A stretch of DNA of 64,000 nt from Torpedo marmorata (lineage: Eukaryota): the NCBI GenBank assembly GCA_977017645.1, contig OZ360220.1, positions 87,792,001-87,856,000 of the forward strand. Direction: 5' to 3'. The notes beneath the pieces were generated by a model. That model made no database searches, was not told the DNA's origin, and was given only the letters and a program-made list of their open reading frames with translations. Shown here one piece after another: positions 24,360 to 37,447 of the stretch (positions are counted from its first letter, which is position 1; every line of letters starts with the position of its first letter). A program made the position numbers and the translations under genes.

Positions 24360-27300
24360 ATGCACATACAAAAATGGCACTGGCGATCAACGGCGACTTT
24401 CTGTGGGCTGCAGAGGCACCTACTCCCTTTCTGTTTAAATACTCACCTTCCGACCTCCTTGCATTGCGATCGGCAGCATGCAGTCTTCTTCACAACGACC
24501 AGCTGTTGAATCACATTAACAGTCTTCAAATCTCCCGGGCAACGGCTGAGTCAGACTGGCTGGAATGCAGAGGCACTAAAGGGCCAGGCCACCACCAAGG
24601 TCAAGGCCGGAAATGTGGCATGAAGGTCGGGATCCAACCCAGAGTGAAGCGCAGGAGACTGAGACCTCCCTTACCATCCATACAACTGGCGAACGTCCAG
24701 TCATTAGAATATAAAAATGACGACCTCAGAGCAAGGCTGCTTTATCAGAGACCAGTGATCAGTTGTTTGCTGCACCGAGATCTGGCTAACAGAGAACACA
24801 CTGGACGTGGCGATCCTACAAGAGGGTTTCACCATTCACAGACTGGATCAGAACTCGGATTCTGGTAAAGAGAGAGGAGCAGTATGTGCTTGGTATGATG
24901 CATGGATGTTGGGGTCATGTCAACTTCCTGCTCCACTGCATTAGAGCAAATCTCTATTTAATGCAGACCCTTCTATCTACCCTGAGAGTTCTCATCGCTG
25001 ATTCTCACCAGAGTCTATATCCCTCCCGATGCAGATTACAAACAGGCACTTGCAGAGCTGCATGATGTGGTCAGTAAATAAGAGATGGCCCACCCCGACA
25101 CACTATAAATCATAGTCGATGAATTTAACCAGGCCTTTCTCAAAAAAACCCAGCCCGATTACCACCACCACGTAACCTGCTGTACCAGAGGTACCAGCAC
25201 ATTTGATCACTGCTACATCAAGATAACGAAGGTCTACCATTCTTTCCTGAGACTGCATTTTGGTGTTGGATCATCTGGCTGTGCTCCTTCTGCCTTCATA
25301 CGGACAGAGCCTAAAAAGTGAGGCTCCAGGGATCAGGACTGCCAGAAGATTGTCAAAGGAGGCTGAAGAACGGCTACAGGACTGCTTCAAGTTAGTGGAT
25401 TGGGCAGTGTTCAAGAACTCAGCTGAGGATCTGAATGTTTATACCAGGGCCATTACAGACTTTAACAAAACCATTGTATCCCCACCAAATCGTTCAGGTT
25501 TTCTCCAACCAGAAGCCCTGGACGAACAATGAAATCCAGAAACTGTTGTGAGCCAGATCACAGGCATTTAAGTTCAAAGGTCCAGAACACTACACAAGGA
25601 GCAGGTATGATCAACGGAAAGCAATCTCCCCAGTGAAGTGGAGAATCCAGACGAAAATAGAAGCAACGAAGGATACCCAACAGCTGCGGCAGGGCCTAAA
25701 TAACATAACCTGCTACAAAACAAAATCCGGTGCAGTAGGAGACAGCAAAACTTCACTCCCAGATGAACTCAATGCCTTCTCTCCCTGATTTGATCTTCAG
25801 AACAAGGAAGAAACATTGCGCATCCCCATGTCCCCTGATGATCCTCTACTGTCAGTATCCGAGGATGAGGTGTGGGCTGCCTTCAGGAGAGTGAATCGAA
25901 GGAAAGCATCCAGTCCAGATGGAGTACACAGCCAAGTACTGAAACCCTATGCTGACCAACTTGCCAATGTTATCATGGATAGCTGAAACATCGCAATCTG
26001 GCATGGCGCAATACCCACCTGTTTGGTGTGGTAACTTGCCTAAATGATGACCGACCAGTAGCACTCACATCCACAGTGATGAAGTGCTTTGAGAGGCTCG
26101 TGTTGAAGCATATCAGCTCCTGTCTGAGTGGCAACATGGATCCATTCCAATTTGCCTACTGTACCAACAGGTCTACGGCAGATGCCATCTCACTGGCTCA
26201 ACACAAAGCCCTGGAACAACTGGAGAGCAAAAATGCCAACATCAGGATGATCTTTATCGACTACAGCTCGGCATTCAACACCATCATCCCCTCAAAACTG
26301 ATCAGCAAACTTCAAGAGCTTGGCCTTAATACCCCAATGTGTAATAGGATCCAGGATTTCCTCACCTCTAGATCATAATCAGTGAGGATTGGTAAGAACA
26401 TCTCCTCCACAATCTTCATCAGCACTGGAGCAGCACAGGGCTGTGTTCTTAGCCCTCTGCTCTATTCGCTTTACACTTGTAACTGTGTGGCTCAGTACAA
26501 CAATAACACCATCTACAAATTTGATGACGATTCCCTCCATACAGGAGGGAGATTAAAATTTAGCTGAATGGTGTACAAACAACAACCTCAAACCCAATAT
26601 CACCAAAACCAAGGAGCTGATTGTGGACTTTAGTAGGAAAGACCAGAGGTGTACGATCCAGTGATCATTGGGGTATTTGAGGTGGAGAGGGTGAGCAAAT
26701 TTAAATTCCTGGAAGTCACTATCTCAGAGGGCCTTTCCCGTCATTGTGAAGAATGCACATCAGCACCGGTACTTCCTCAGGAGTTTGCGGAGATTCGGAA
26801 TGACATTGAAAACCTTGGCAAACGTCTACAGATATGTAGTGAAAAGTGTGCTGACTTTCTGCATCACAGGTTTGTATGGGAACACCAATACCTCTGAGCA
26901 GAAAGCTCTGCAAAATATAGTGGACACAGCCCAATACCTCACAGGCAAAACTCTCCCCAACACCGAAAAATGTCAAGTCAAGTCAAGTTTATTGTCATCT
27001 AATTGTATAAGTACAACCCGATGAAACAGCGTTCTCAGGTCCTCGGTGCAAAACATACAATCACACAACCAGACATAACACACATACAGACAAACAATAC
27101 ATATGCAGGACAAGTATTCATACATACAAATAAATAAATAAATATTATTTTGGACAAATGAGAGTCTCAGATGGTTAGTGTGAGCAGTTCCTTTGGTCGT
27201 TCAGCATTCTCACTGCCCGTGGGAAGAAGCTGTTCCTCAGCCAGGTGGTGCTGGCTCTGATACTCCTGTATCTCTTCCCTGACAGGAGCAGCTGAAAGAT

Positions 27301-28462
27301 GCTGTGTGCAGGGTGGAAGGGGTCATCAATGATTTTGCGTGCCCTCTTCAGACATCGATCCCGGAAGATCACATCGATGGGGGGAGGGAGACTCTAGTGA
27401 TCCTCTCTGCCACTCTTATGGTCCTGTGGATTGACCTCCGATCCATTTCTCTGCAGCAACTGTACCACACTGTGATGCAGCCAGCCAGGACGCTCTCGAT
27501 AGAGCTCCTGTAGAAGGTTGACATAATGGCGGCTGGTAGCCTTGCTCGCTTCAGTCTTCTCAGGAAGTGCAGTCGTTGTTGTGCCTTCCTGACAAGTGAG
27601 GAGATGTTGAGTGTCCACAACAGGTCACTAGTTAAGTGAACTCCAAGGAACTTGGTGCTCTCTGCTTTCTCTACTACAGAGTTGTTGATGTGTAGTGGAG
27701 GGTGGGCGTTCCTGGTCATCCTAAAGTCCACGATCATCTCCTTCATCTTGTCCACATTGAGACTCAGGTTGTTACTCTCGCACCATTTCGCGAGATTTTC
27801 CACCTCTTCTCTGTAGTGCGACTCATCGATGTTGTTGATGAGGCCAACTACTGTTGAATCATCTGCAAACTTGATGACACTGTTGGAGCTGAATCTGGCA
27901 ATGTAGTCATGGGTCAGTAGTGTGAAGAGGAGCTGGCTAAGCACACAGCCCTGAGGTGCGCCAGTTCTCAGCGTGACAGTGCTTGACATTCTGCTACCGA
28001 CCCGGTCAGACTGTGGTCTTTCCATTATGACTACATGGATCACTGCCTTTGGAGAGCAACAGCAATCATCAAAGATCCATGCCACCCAGGATATGCTCTG
28101 TTTTCACTGCTGCCATCAGGAAAGTGGTATTGCTGCCACAAGACTCATACCACCAGGTTCAGGAACAGTTGCTACCCCTCCACCATCAGACTCCTAAAGA
28201 ACAAACTCAATCAGAGACTCATTTAAAGGCTCTTATTATATACATTATTTATTATTGAACATTTATATTCTGTAAAATCAGTTTGTTTACATTACTTTCT
28301 TTGTTTGCATTTCTCTCTGTTGTATACTTATCTTTTCTTGAGTACATTTTCTGCACTACCGAAAGTAGAAATTCTGCCTGGCCAGCTGGAAAAAAGAACC
28401 TCAGGGTTGGATGTGATGTCATGTGTGTACTCTGACAATAAATCTGAACTTTGAACTTTGAA
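24360..28462 (+). mobile_element. Decayed near full-length Rex1/Babar-type LINE, interrupted at ~26972-28030
   Basis: LPSIQLANVQSLEYK (APE start), [41 protein letters not shown]-terminus resumes at 28031; tail AATAAATCTGAACTTTGAACTTTGAA. Confidence 0.87.
26972..28030 (-). mobile_element. 5'-truncated Rex1 LINE nested in the previous element
   Basis: GAPQGCVLS, KFADDS, STKFLGV, KAQQRLHFLRRL, and (TTGAC)n tail at ~26972-26987. Same subfamily as 43363-44317. Confidence 0.88.
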
Positions 28463-28805
28463 AGGTTGAATCTGTTCCTCCACAGATGCTGCCAGACCTG
28501 TTGAACAATTCCACCATTCGTTATGTTTATTTCAGATTTTCAGCATCTCCAATTGTCACCTTTCAATTTTTTATCATTTTGATTTTGTATCCACAAAAAC
28601 ATATAGCCTGCGCCACCACTTAATATTGATCATGATTGATTCGACTGTAACCTTAACTCTGTGTTCCTGTCTACTCATGTTAACCTTTTACCTCCTTGAC
28701 AAATAATTATCCATCTAGCTCTGAGTCATAGAGAGATACAGCAAAGAAACTGTCCCTTCAGCCAACCAAATATGTGCCGGTCATCAACCACCCATCTATA
28801 TTAAT

Positions 28806-30160
28806 AGACAATAGATACTAGGTACAGGAGTAGGCTATTTGGCCCTTCAAGCCAGCACCACCATTCACTGTGATAATGACTGATCATCCACTATCAGTAC
28901 CCCGTTCCTGCCTTCTCCCCATATCCCTTGATTCTGCCATCTTTAAGAGCTCTATCTAACTCTTTCTTGAAAGCATCCAGAGAATTGGCCTCCACTGCCT
29001 TCTGAGGCAGAGCATTCCACAGATCCACAACTCTCTGGGTGAAAAAGTTTCTCCTCAACTCCGTTCTAAATGGCCTACCCCTTATTCTTAAACTGTGGCC
29101 TCTGGTTCTCGACTCCCCCAACATCGGGAACATGTTTCCTGACACTAGTGTGTCCAATCCCTTAATAATCTTATTTGTTTCAATCAGATCCCATCTCATC
29201 CTTCTAAATTCCAGTGTATACAAGCCCAATCACTCCAATCTTTCAACATGTGACAGTCCCACCATCCCTGGAATTAACCTCGTGAACCTACGCTGCACTC
29301 CCTCAATAGAAAGAATGTCCTTCCTCAAACCTAGAGTCCAAAACTGCACACAATACTCCAGGTTTGGTCTCACCAGGGCCCTGTACAACTGCAGAAGGAC
29401 CTCTTTGCTCTTATACTCAACTCCCCTTGTTATGAAGGCCAACATGCCATTAGCTTTCTTCACTGCCTGCTGTACATGCATGCTTACTTTCAGTGACTGA
29501 TGAACAAGGACACCTAGATCTCGTTGTACTTCCCCTTTTCCTTACTTGACACCATTCAGATAGTAATCCGCCTCCCTGTTCTTGCCACCAAAGTGGATAA
29601 CCTCACATTTATCCACATTAAACCGCATCTGCCATGCATCTGCCCACTCACCCAACCTGTCCAAGTCACCCTATATTCTCATAACATCCTCCTCACATTT
29701 CACACTGCCACCCAGCTTCGTGTCATCTGCAAATTGGCTAATGTTACTTTTAATCCCTTCATCTAAATCAGTGGTTTTCAAACTGCCCCCCCTAAACTCA
29801 CATTCCACCTTAAGCAATTCCTATGCCATAAGTGCTCTGTGATTAGTAAGGGATTGCTTAAGGTGGTATGTAAGTGGGAAGAAAAAGTTTGAAAACCACT
29901 GTTTTAATCGTACCTAATTGACTCATTATGTGCACGGTTTCATAACTCCAAAGGAAATGGGCCAATGACAATTTTTCTCAAGCAAAATATTTCAGTAACA
30001 ATTGGGTCTAGAGCAGTGGTTCTCAACCTTCCCTTCCCACTCACATACCACCTTAAGCAATCCCTTACTAATCACAGAGCACTTATAGAATAGGGATTGC
30101 TAAAGGTGGAATGTGAGTTTAGGGGGGCAGTTTGAAAACCACTGATCTAAATCATTAAAA
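28806..30160 (-). mobile_element. 5'-truncated CR1 LINE carrying a hAT MITE, itself apparently inside a SINE
   Basis: LYRALVRPNLEYCVQFW, RTRGHSLRI, FFTQRVVDLWNALP. SINE-like sequence lies on both sides (~28730-28805 and ~30162-30405). Confidence 0.87.
29769..30144. mobile_element. hAT (Charlie-like) composite MITE made of two inverted ~132-bp units
   Basis: Exact 8-bp TSD ATCTAAAT (29761-29768, 30145-30152). TIR CAGTGGTTTTCAAAC. Units at 29769-29901 and 30014-30144. Confidence 0.9.
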
Positions 30161-30161
30161 T

Positions 30162-30405
30162 AGTTATCAATTCTCCACAGATTCTACCACTCAGCCACAT
30201 ACTAGGGACAATGCACAGTGGCCAATTAATTAAACCAATCCTTATGTCTTTGAAATATAGGAGGAAACCAGAGCATATGTTAGAAATTCACATGGTCACA
30301 GAGAAATTGTACAAACTTCACAAAGAGAGAGTATCTGAGGTCAGATTTGAACCCAGATGTCTGGAACTGTGAAGCAGTGACTCTTCGAGCTGCAACACTT
30401 TGCCT
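30162..30405 (-). mobile_element. tRNA-derived SINE 5' part (HE1/V-SINE-like)
   Basis: Plus strand GGAGGAAACCAGAGCA...TACAAACTTCACA...GATTTGAACCCAG; the last is a B-box on the minus strand. Confidence 0.65.
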
Positions 30406-30619
30406 TGAAGATGACGGAGAATGTGGTGGATGTGGGTAGTGGCAAGAATGTTACTTGCTTCTTATTTACTTAAGACAGAGACACAAAAGACTTCAGATGC
30501 TGGAATCTGGAACAAAAAGCAATTTTTTTTTTTTGCTCCTTATCTAGTTAAATACATAAGTTCCCATTGTGCATAAGAGGATAAACGCTTAAGTTCATCA
30601 ATATGAGTGGAACTAAATA

Positions 30620-30829
30620 CAGTAAAAAAACCCCAGTATCCAGCACCTATGGGGATTGGTAGATGCTGGATAAGTGAATTTTCTGGTTGCTTGAGACTGC
30701 GTGTTGCGTGATTGGCAAACTAACCGCTAGAGGCGCATATTTGAAACTTTTACCTATTTTTTTACTTATTTATTTTCCACGATTTTTTTGCCAGTTGCTT
30801 GAGGCTGCTGGATAACAGGGATTTTACTG
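30620..30829. mobile_element. Tigger-like MITE
   Basis: TA-CAGTAAAA...CCCCAGTATCCAGCA and TGCTGGATAACAGGGATTTTACTG-TA: imperfect TIRs with TA TSD. Confidence 0.78.
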
Positions 30830-33800
30830 TACTGTGCAATCATCAGTGACACTTAAATTTAAGATCTTGCTATGCAAGAAAGTATTTTGCTAAAGCAGCT
30901 GAATAGATTAGGACCCACAACACTGCCCTGTGGAAATGTATGAGCGATGGCCAAATTGGTTAGCAATGTTACCGAGTTGAAAGGCTACAACCACCATAAA
31001 GACTGCAACATATCAGGGAGCATCTTGTGGAGAGAGAAACAGAGTTAATGTTTTAGGTCAATGGCCTTTCATCAGATTAAAATTCATGGACAAAAATATG
31101 AATTATATTTCCCTTTCCACAAATACTGCTTCGTCTACTAATTACTACTACATTTTGAGTTTAGAGTGTTTTTCAACCATAAATATATTCTATATGAGGA
31201 TTCCATGGCATCATATTCAGCCAAGTGTTGTCATGGTCAGCCACTGGCACTTCTTTTCTGCAGTACAAGTTTTTTATCCTTATTTTGACCAAAGCGATGT
31301 AGGTAAATGCAAAGTGAACTTTGGTCAAAGGTTACTAGATATCCCTGATAGCACAAGTGCCATCACTTTGCTAATGATTCAGGGTAGACAGGGCTATAAT
31401 TGACTTGATTGGATTGATCCTACTTTTAGTGGAATGGACAAACCAGGTCAATCCTCCATTTTGTCAGATAAATGTCATCTTGTAGCTGTACTGAAATTAA
31501 TTTTTACTATCCTGCTGATTAAATTTCAACATCCTGGATATTTGGCAGCACAATAATCCAATTAAAATTATTTTTTTGTCAGGAAAATTATGACATTCTT
31601 ACCCCATGTAGTTCATAGCATATGTCACATTCTTAATTTATCTCTGATTTGTAGTCTGACTCACAACAATCCCCTGTGACGAGATAACACCTTGAAAAAG
31701 GTCACACCTTAAAATCCTGTGCAAAAGAAAGAGTTCTGCAATATTTACAAACACCTCTTGATACTTATTGAATGATAATTAATCTTGTTATTCTTTTACA
31801 GATACATTCTTTCGAGAAATATATTTAATTGAAAAATAAAATGAAAGAATTTGACATGAAAGTGAAAGAAGAAAGTCTGCAGACACTATGGTTGTAGTAA
31901 TACCTTGTTTTGTGTCACACCGGACACAATGGTTGTGCTATAGCTTAACAAAGGGCATGTTGGTTGTGTATCTTTGCCTCTTATGGACACTGCGAGACCT
32001 GCTGAGTTTCTCCAAAAATTTTGTGTATTTATTTGACACAATTTGACATGAGGCTTTGTTAAACTACTGAGATGAGTCAATAGCGACACTTCTTATTAAA
32101 ATAAGAATTTATTGTCAGGAATATGTCACAAATTTGTTATTTTGCAGTAGCATTAGAGGTGCAAATATTGGTATAAATTACATTTAGAAAATAAATAAAT
32201 TAGTGCAAAAAGAAAATAAAGTGACGTAGTGTCTGTGGTTCATCGTCCAATCAGAAATCTGATGGACGGGGGCGTGGCGTGATGGCGTAGGTTGGAGACG
32301 TGAAATACATCTCTCCCTACAGAATTAATTAAAACCTGTTTAAAAAAAACTTTATTTACTTATTAAAAAAGTTAAGTGTTTAGTAACGATTTAACAATGA
32401 CTACAAGAAAAGCGAAGGAACAAAAGGCAAAGAAAGTAGTGCTTCAGCAAAGTTTATTTCAAGAGAAAGATCGGCCTACCTGCTCGATGGAGCCTCGGGC
32501 TCAAGTTTCTCTCCCTCCCAGGAAGATGCGGATGAGGACGCTTAAGGTAACTGAAGCGCCGGCGCCGCCCTCCCGGGGAGCTGGGGAAGATGGCGCTGGC
32601 GCTCGAAAGAAGACCAAAGAACTACAAGTTGAAAGTGAACGATCGCGCATGCGTGAAACGTTGCACATGCGCGATAGTGAACGGGAGCTGTCAGCTAAGG
32701 CTGATGGAAAAAGAAGAGTCCCTCAATCATTACAATATGATGTGGGACAGGAAATCTCATCTTCAAAAGATTCAGAAGATAAAAAGAGAGAGAAGGATGA
32801 AGAAATAGAGGAAGAAATAGAAGAAATGGAGGGAGAGGATGAAGAACTAAGTGGAGAAGAGCCTCAATTACCTCAGGTCAAACAACAAATACAGACTTTG
32901 GTTAATGCTATGGACAATTTAACAAAACAAGTGTCAAAGATGAATCAACGCATGGAATATAGATTTAATGGAATTGAAGAAGAAATGAAAGACATGAAGC
33001 AAGATATGTGAAAACATACAAATACTGTGGATAAAGTAATATCGAAAGTTCAAGAAATTGAAAATGATGTTAAAGAGCACTATGAAGAAATGGTGTATTA
33101 TAAAGACAGAGTAGAAAAAGTGGAAGACTCATTTACGGGTTGGGAGCAACAAAGTAATGAACTTTTACAAAAAATGAATGTATTGGAAAATCAGAGTCGG
33201 AGAAATAATGTTAAAATTGTGGGATTGCCCGAAAAATTTGAAGTGGGGAATACGACTGAATTTTTTCAAAAATGGATTCCAGATGTTTTGGGTATTGAAA
33301 ATTTTACGTATGGACTGGAATTAGAGAGAGCTCATAGAGATAGCAGAAAGAAACCGTATCCTGGACAAAGGCCACGCTCAGTGTTAATTAGATGTCTTCG
33401 ATACTAGGATAAAAAGGTACTGCAAATAGCTGTTTAAAATGCTAGGAAGAACGAGAGTCCAATGATAATTAATAATAATAGGATATTTTTTTATCCTGAT
33501 CTAAGTGCAGTAATAATTTAAAAACAAAAAGAATTCAATCTAGCAAAAGCAATTCTTTGGAGTAAAGGATATACATTTTCATTTAGATATCCTGCGATTT
33601 TGAAGGTTCAGTCTGCAGAGAATCAATCATTCTTTTTTGCTGATTATCAACAAGCATGTAAATTTACTTCCGAAATTAAGGAAAAATCAAGATTTGATGG
33701 GACAATATCAAGTTCAAGTTACTTTACTGAGTCAGGATTTGCTTTCACCAAGTGTTCCAGGACAAGAAGATGGGGCCAAAATCGATGAGGATCAAGCTAA

Positions 33801-36800
33801 CAGAGATCTTGAACAAGCTAAATGAAGAAATTATAACAAATGTTCTGTAAATTCTGTTTTGGGGGGGGGGGTGGACTTTTTGTCTTCTCCGGACCGAGTC
33901 ACACATTACCTTAGTGGCGAGGGCCACTTCCCGAACAATGGAGGGTGGTAGTACTGGGGTAATTATGCCAGTATTAAATATAGTGGGGTTTTTAGTTTTT
34001 TGTTTTCCTTATATTTTTTTCTTTTTCTTTCTAAGGAGATGTCAAATAGACTACAAATGTGGAAGGGGGTGCCGGTGGATCTGATGGAGAGAGAGTTATT
34101 AAATATTAGAATTGGCAGATAGTAAATTAATAAATGTAGTAAGTATTAATATAAATGGGCTAAATAATCTTATTAAAAGGAAGAAAACTTTAGCATACAT
34201 TAAAAAGTTAAATGTTGATATAGCTTTTTTACAAGAGACACATTTGACAGATATAGAACATCAGAAGTTGAAAAGAGAATAGATTGGTCAAGTGGTTGCA
34301 TCTTCATTTAATTCTAAAGCAAAAGGAGTTGCTATATTAGTTAATAAAAAGTTACCTTTTAAAATACAATCTGTGGTTATAGATGTGTCAGGAAGATATG
34401 TTTTAATAAATTGTCAGATATATTCAGAAATGTGGACACTTATGAATATATATGTGTCAAATATGGAAGATGAACAATTTATTCAAGATTCTTTTATGCA
34501 TTTGTCAGAAGCAAATGACAATATCTTAATTGGTGGGGATTTTAATTGCTGTTTAGATCCAATAATGGATAAAACATCGAAATCAACTATCAGAACTAAA
34601 ACTGCTAAAAGAATTCTTACCTTGATGAAAGATTTAAATTTAATAGATATTTGGAGGAAGTTGAATCCAAGAGAAAAAGATTATTCTTTTTATTCTTTTA
34701 GACATGATTCTTATTCTAGAATAGACATGTTTTTATTGTCATCACATTTAGAAGATAGGGTGGCTCAAGCACAATACAAAGCAAGAATAATTTTTGATCA
34801 TTTGCCTCTATTAATGTCATGTATAATTCCAGAAAAAGAAAAAATTATATATAGATGGAGATTTAATTCTTCTTTATTGAAAAGAATGAATTTTTGTAAT
34901 TATATAAGAAGAGAAATTCAAGAATTTTTACAGATTAATTCTAAATCGATTGATAATAAATTTATTATTTGGGAAGCTCTAAAGGCTTATTTAAGAGGTC
35001 AAATAATAAGTTATTCAGCAAAAGTTAAGAAGGAATATATTCGGGAATTGGATAATTTTGAGAAGGAGATTGTTTTTGGAGAATGATTTTCAAAAAAAGA
35101 GATCAGAAGAAAATAGGAAAAATTTAATTGAAAAAAAATTGTATTATAATACGTTACAAACATATAAAATGGAAAAAATTAATTGAAAGAACTAAGCAAA
35201 GATATTATGAATTGGGAGAAAAAGCTCATAAAGTGTTGGCGTGGCAATTAAAGAAAGAACAAACTTCTAGAACTATAAGTGCTATAAAAAATAATTCAAA
35301 GAAAATAACATATAAACCTTGAGAAATAAATGATTCTTTTAAGGAATTTTATTTAAATTTATATAAATCTTAAACTGATAAAGATGATTCCCTAAAAGTA
35401 ATGAATTTTTATCTGAAATTAAGTTACCTGGATTAAATACTCAAAGTAAAGAACTTTTAGATTTATCGTTTACGATGAGAGAAGTTAATGATGTTCTTAG
35501 TTCTTTAACAAGTGGAAAATCTCCGGGGGAGGATGGTTTCCCATCAGAATTTTATATGGAGTTTAAGGATTTATTGATACCTCCATATATGGAGGTGTTA
35601 AAACAAATAACGGAAACTCATTCTCTACCGGAAACATTTTCAAATGTAATAATTACAGTTATACCTAAAAAAGATAGAGATTTGTTGAAAACAGAATCAT
35701 ATAGACCAATTTCATTGCTAAATGTGGATTATAAGATAATGGTGAAAATTTGAGCAAGGAGAGTGACTAAATATTTACCAGATTTAATCCATGTAGATCA
35801 AGTAGGTTTTATTAAGAATAGATATTCAAAAGATAATATAGCCAGATTAATTAGTTTAATAAATGTGGCACAAAAGAAAGAGGAATTAGCATTAGTATTA
35901 ACATTAGATGCCGAAAAGGCTTTTGACAGATTAGAGTGGAATTATTTATTTAAAGTATTGGAAAAGTTTTGGTTTTGGAACTACATTTATTAATTGGATT
36001 AAAACTATATATAAAGAACCCTCTGCCAGAGTGGTGACAAATGGATAAATTTCTTCAAAATTTTTCTTGACTAGGTCAACTAGACAAGGATGTACTTTGT
36101 CGCCAGCATTGTTTATTTTAGCAATAGAACCTTTAGCAGAATTAATTAGACAAGATATTATGATTGTAGGTATTAAAGTTGGAAAAGAAGAGCATAAAAT
36201 TAGTTTATTTGCAGATGATGTATTGATTTACATGACAAAACCTATTACTTCTTTAATACAATTGAATGTTTTATTGAGAGAATATGGAGAAATATCTGGT
36301 TATAAGATTAATTCTGATAAAAGTGAAATTATGGCATTGACACAAGGAGATTATTATAAATGTAAAGAAATTACACAATTTAAATGGTCAAATGAATGAA
36401 TTAAATATTTGGGAATAAAAACAGATACAAAATTAGCCAATTTATATAAATTAAATTATTTACCATTATTTATGAATATTAAAAAAGATTTAGAAAGTTG
36501 GAAGGATTTACCTATAACTTTAATAGGAAGGGTAAATTGTATTAAAATGAATGTTTTTCCAAGAATTCAATATCTTTTTCAATCAATTCCTTATGAAATT
36601 TCTCAAAAATTCTTTAAAGATTTAAATTTAATTATTAGGAAATTTTTGTGGAAAGGAAAATTGGCTAGAATAGGTATGGAGAAATTAACCTGGGATTACG
36701 AAATGGGTGGTTTACAACTTCCAAATTTTCTAAATTATTATAAAGCAGCTCAATTAAAATTTATTAACAAAATGTTTGATTTAAGAAAATCTTCTGCTTG

Positions 36801-37447
36801 GATTAGAATAGAATTAAATAATATAGGAGAAGATTTGAAAGAAGGAGTTATTTATAAATGGAATTCTAAATTATTATTAAGAGGAAGAAAAAACTCTCCT
36901 ATTTTTAAACATTTGCTAGAAATATGGAATAAAGTGGATAGGGAGATAGGAGGGAAAGGGTTAATTTCTCGAAAAATGCCTTTATATCAAAATAAACTTA
37001 TTCCATTTACTACTGATAATCAATTATTTAAAATTTGGTTCCAAAAGGGAATTAAAAAAATAAATGATTGTTTTGAAGCAAGTAAATTTATTACTTTTCA
37101 AAGAATGAAAGAGAAGCTTAATATATTAAATAATACACTTTTTGCTTATTATCAAATTAGAGCATTTTTAGTTGAAAGGTTGGGTTATATTTTGACTTTA
37201 CCAAGACAAAGTGAATTGGAATAATTAGTTACTAATGGAGGTGTAAATAAATTTATTTCCCAAATGTATAGATTGTTACAGAAAAAAATGCCTAAATTAG
37301 GAATTCATAAGTCAAGATTAAAATGGGAATCGGATTTGAATGTAACATTAGATGAAGAACATTGGAAAGAATTATGTAAACAAAGTATGACGAAGATTAT
37401 TAACGTTAGATATCGGTTAGTGGAATATAATTTTTTGCATCAATTAT

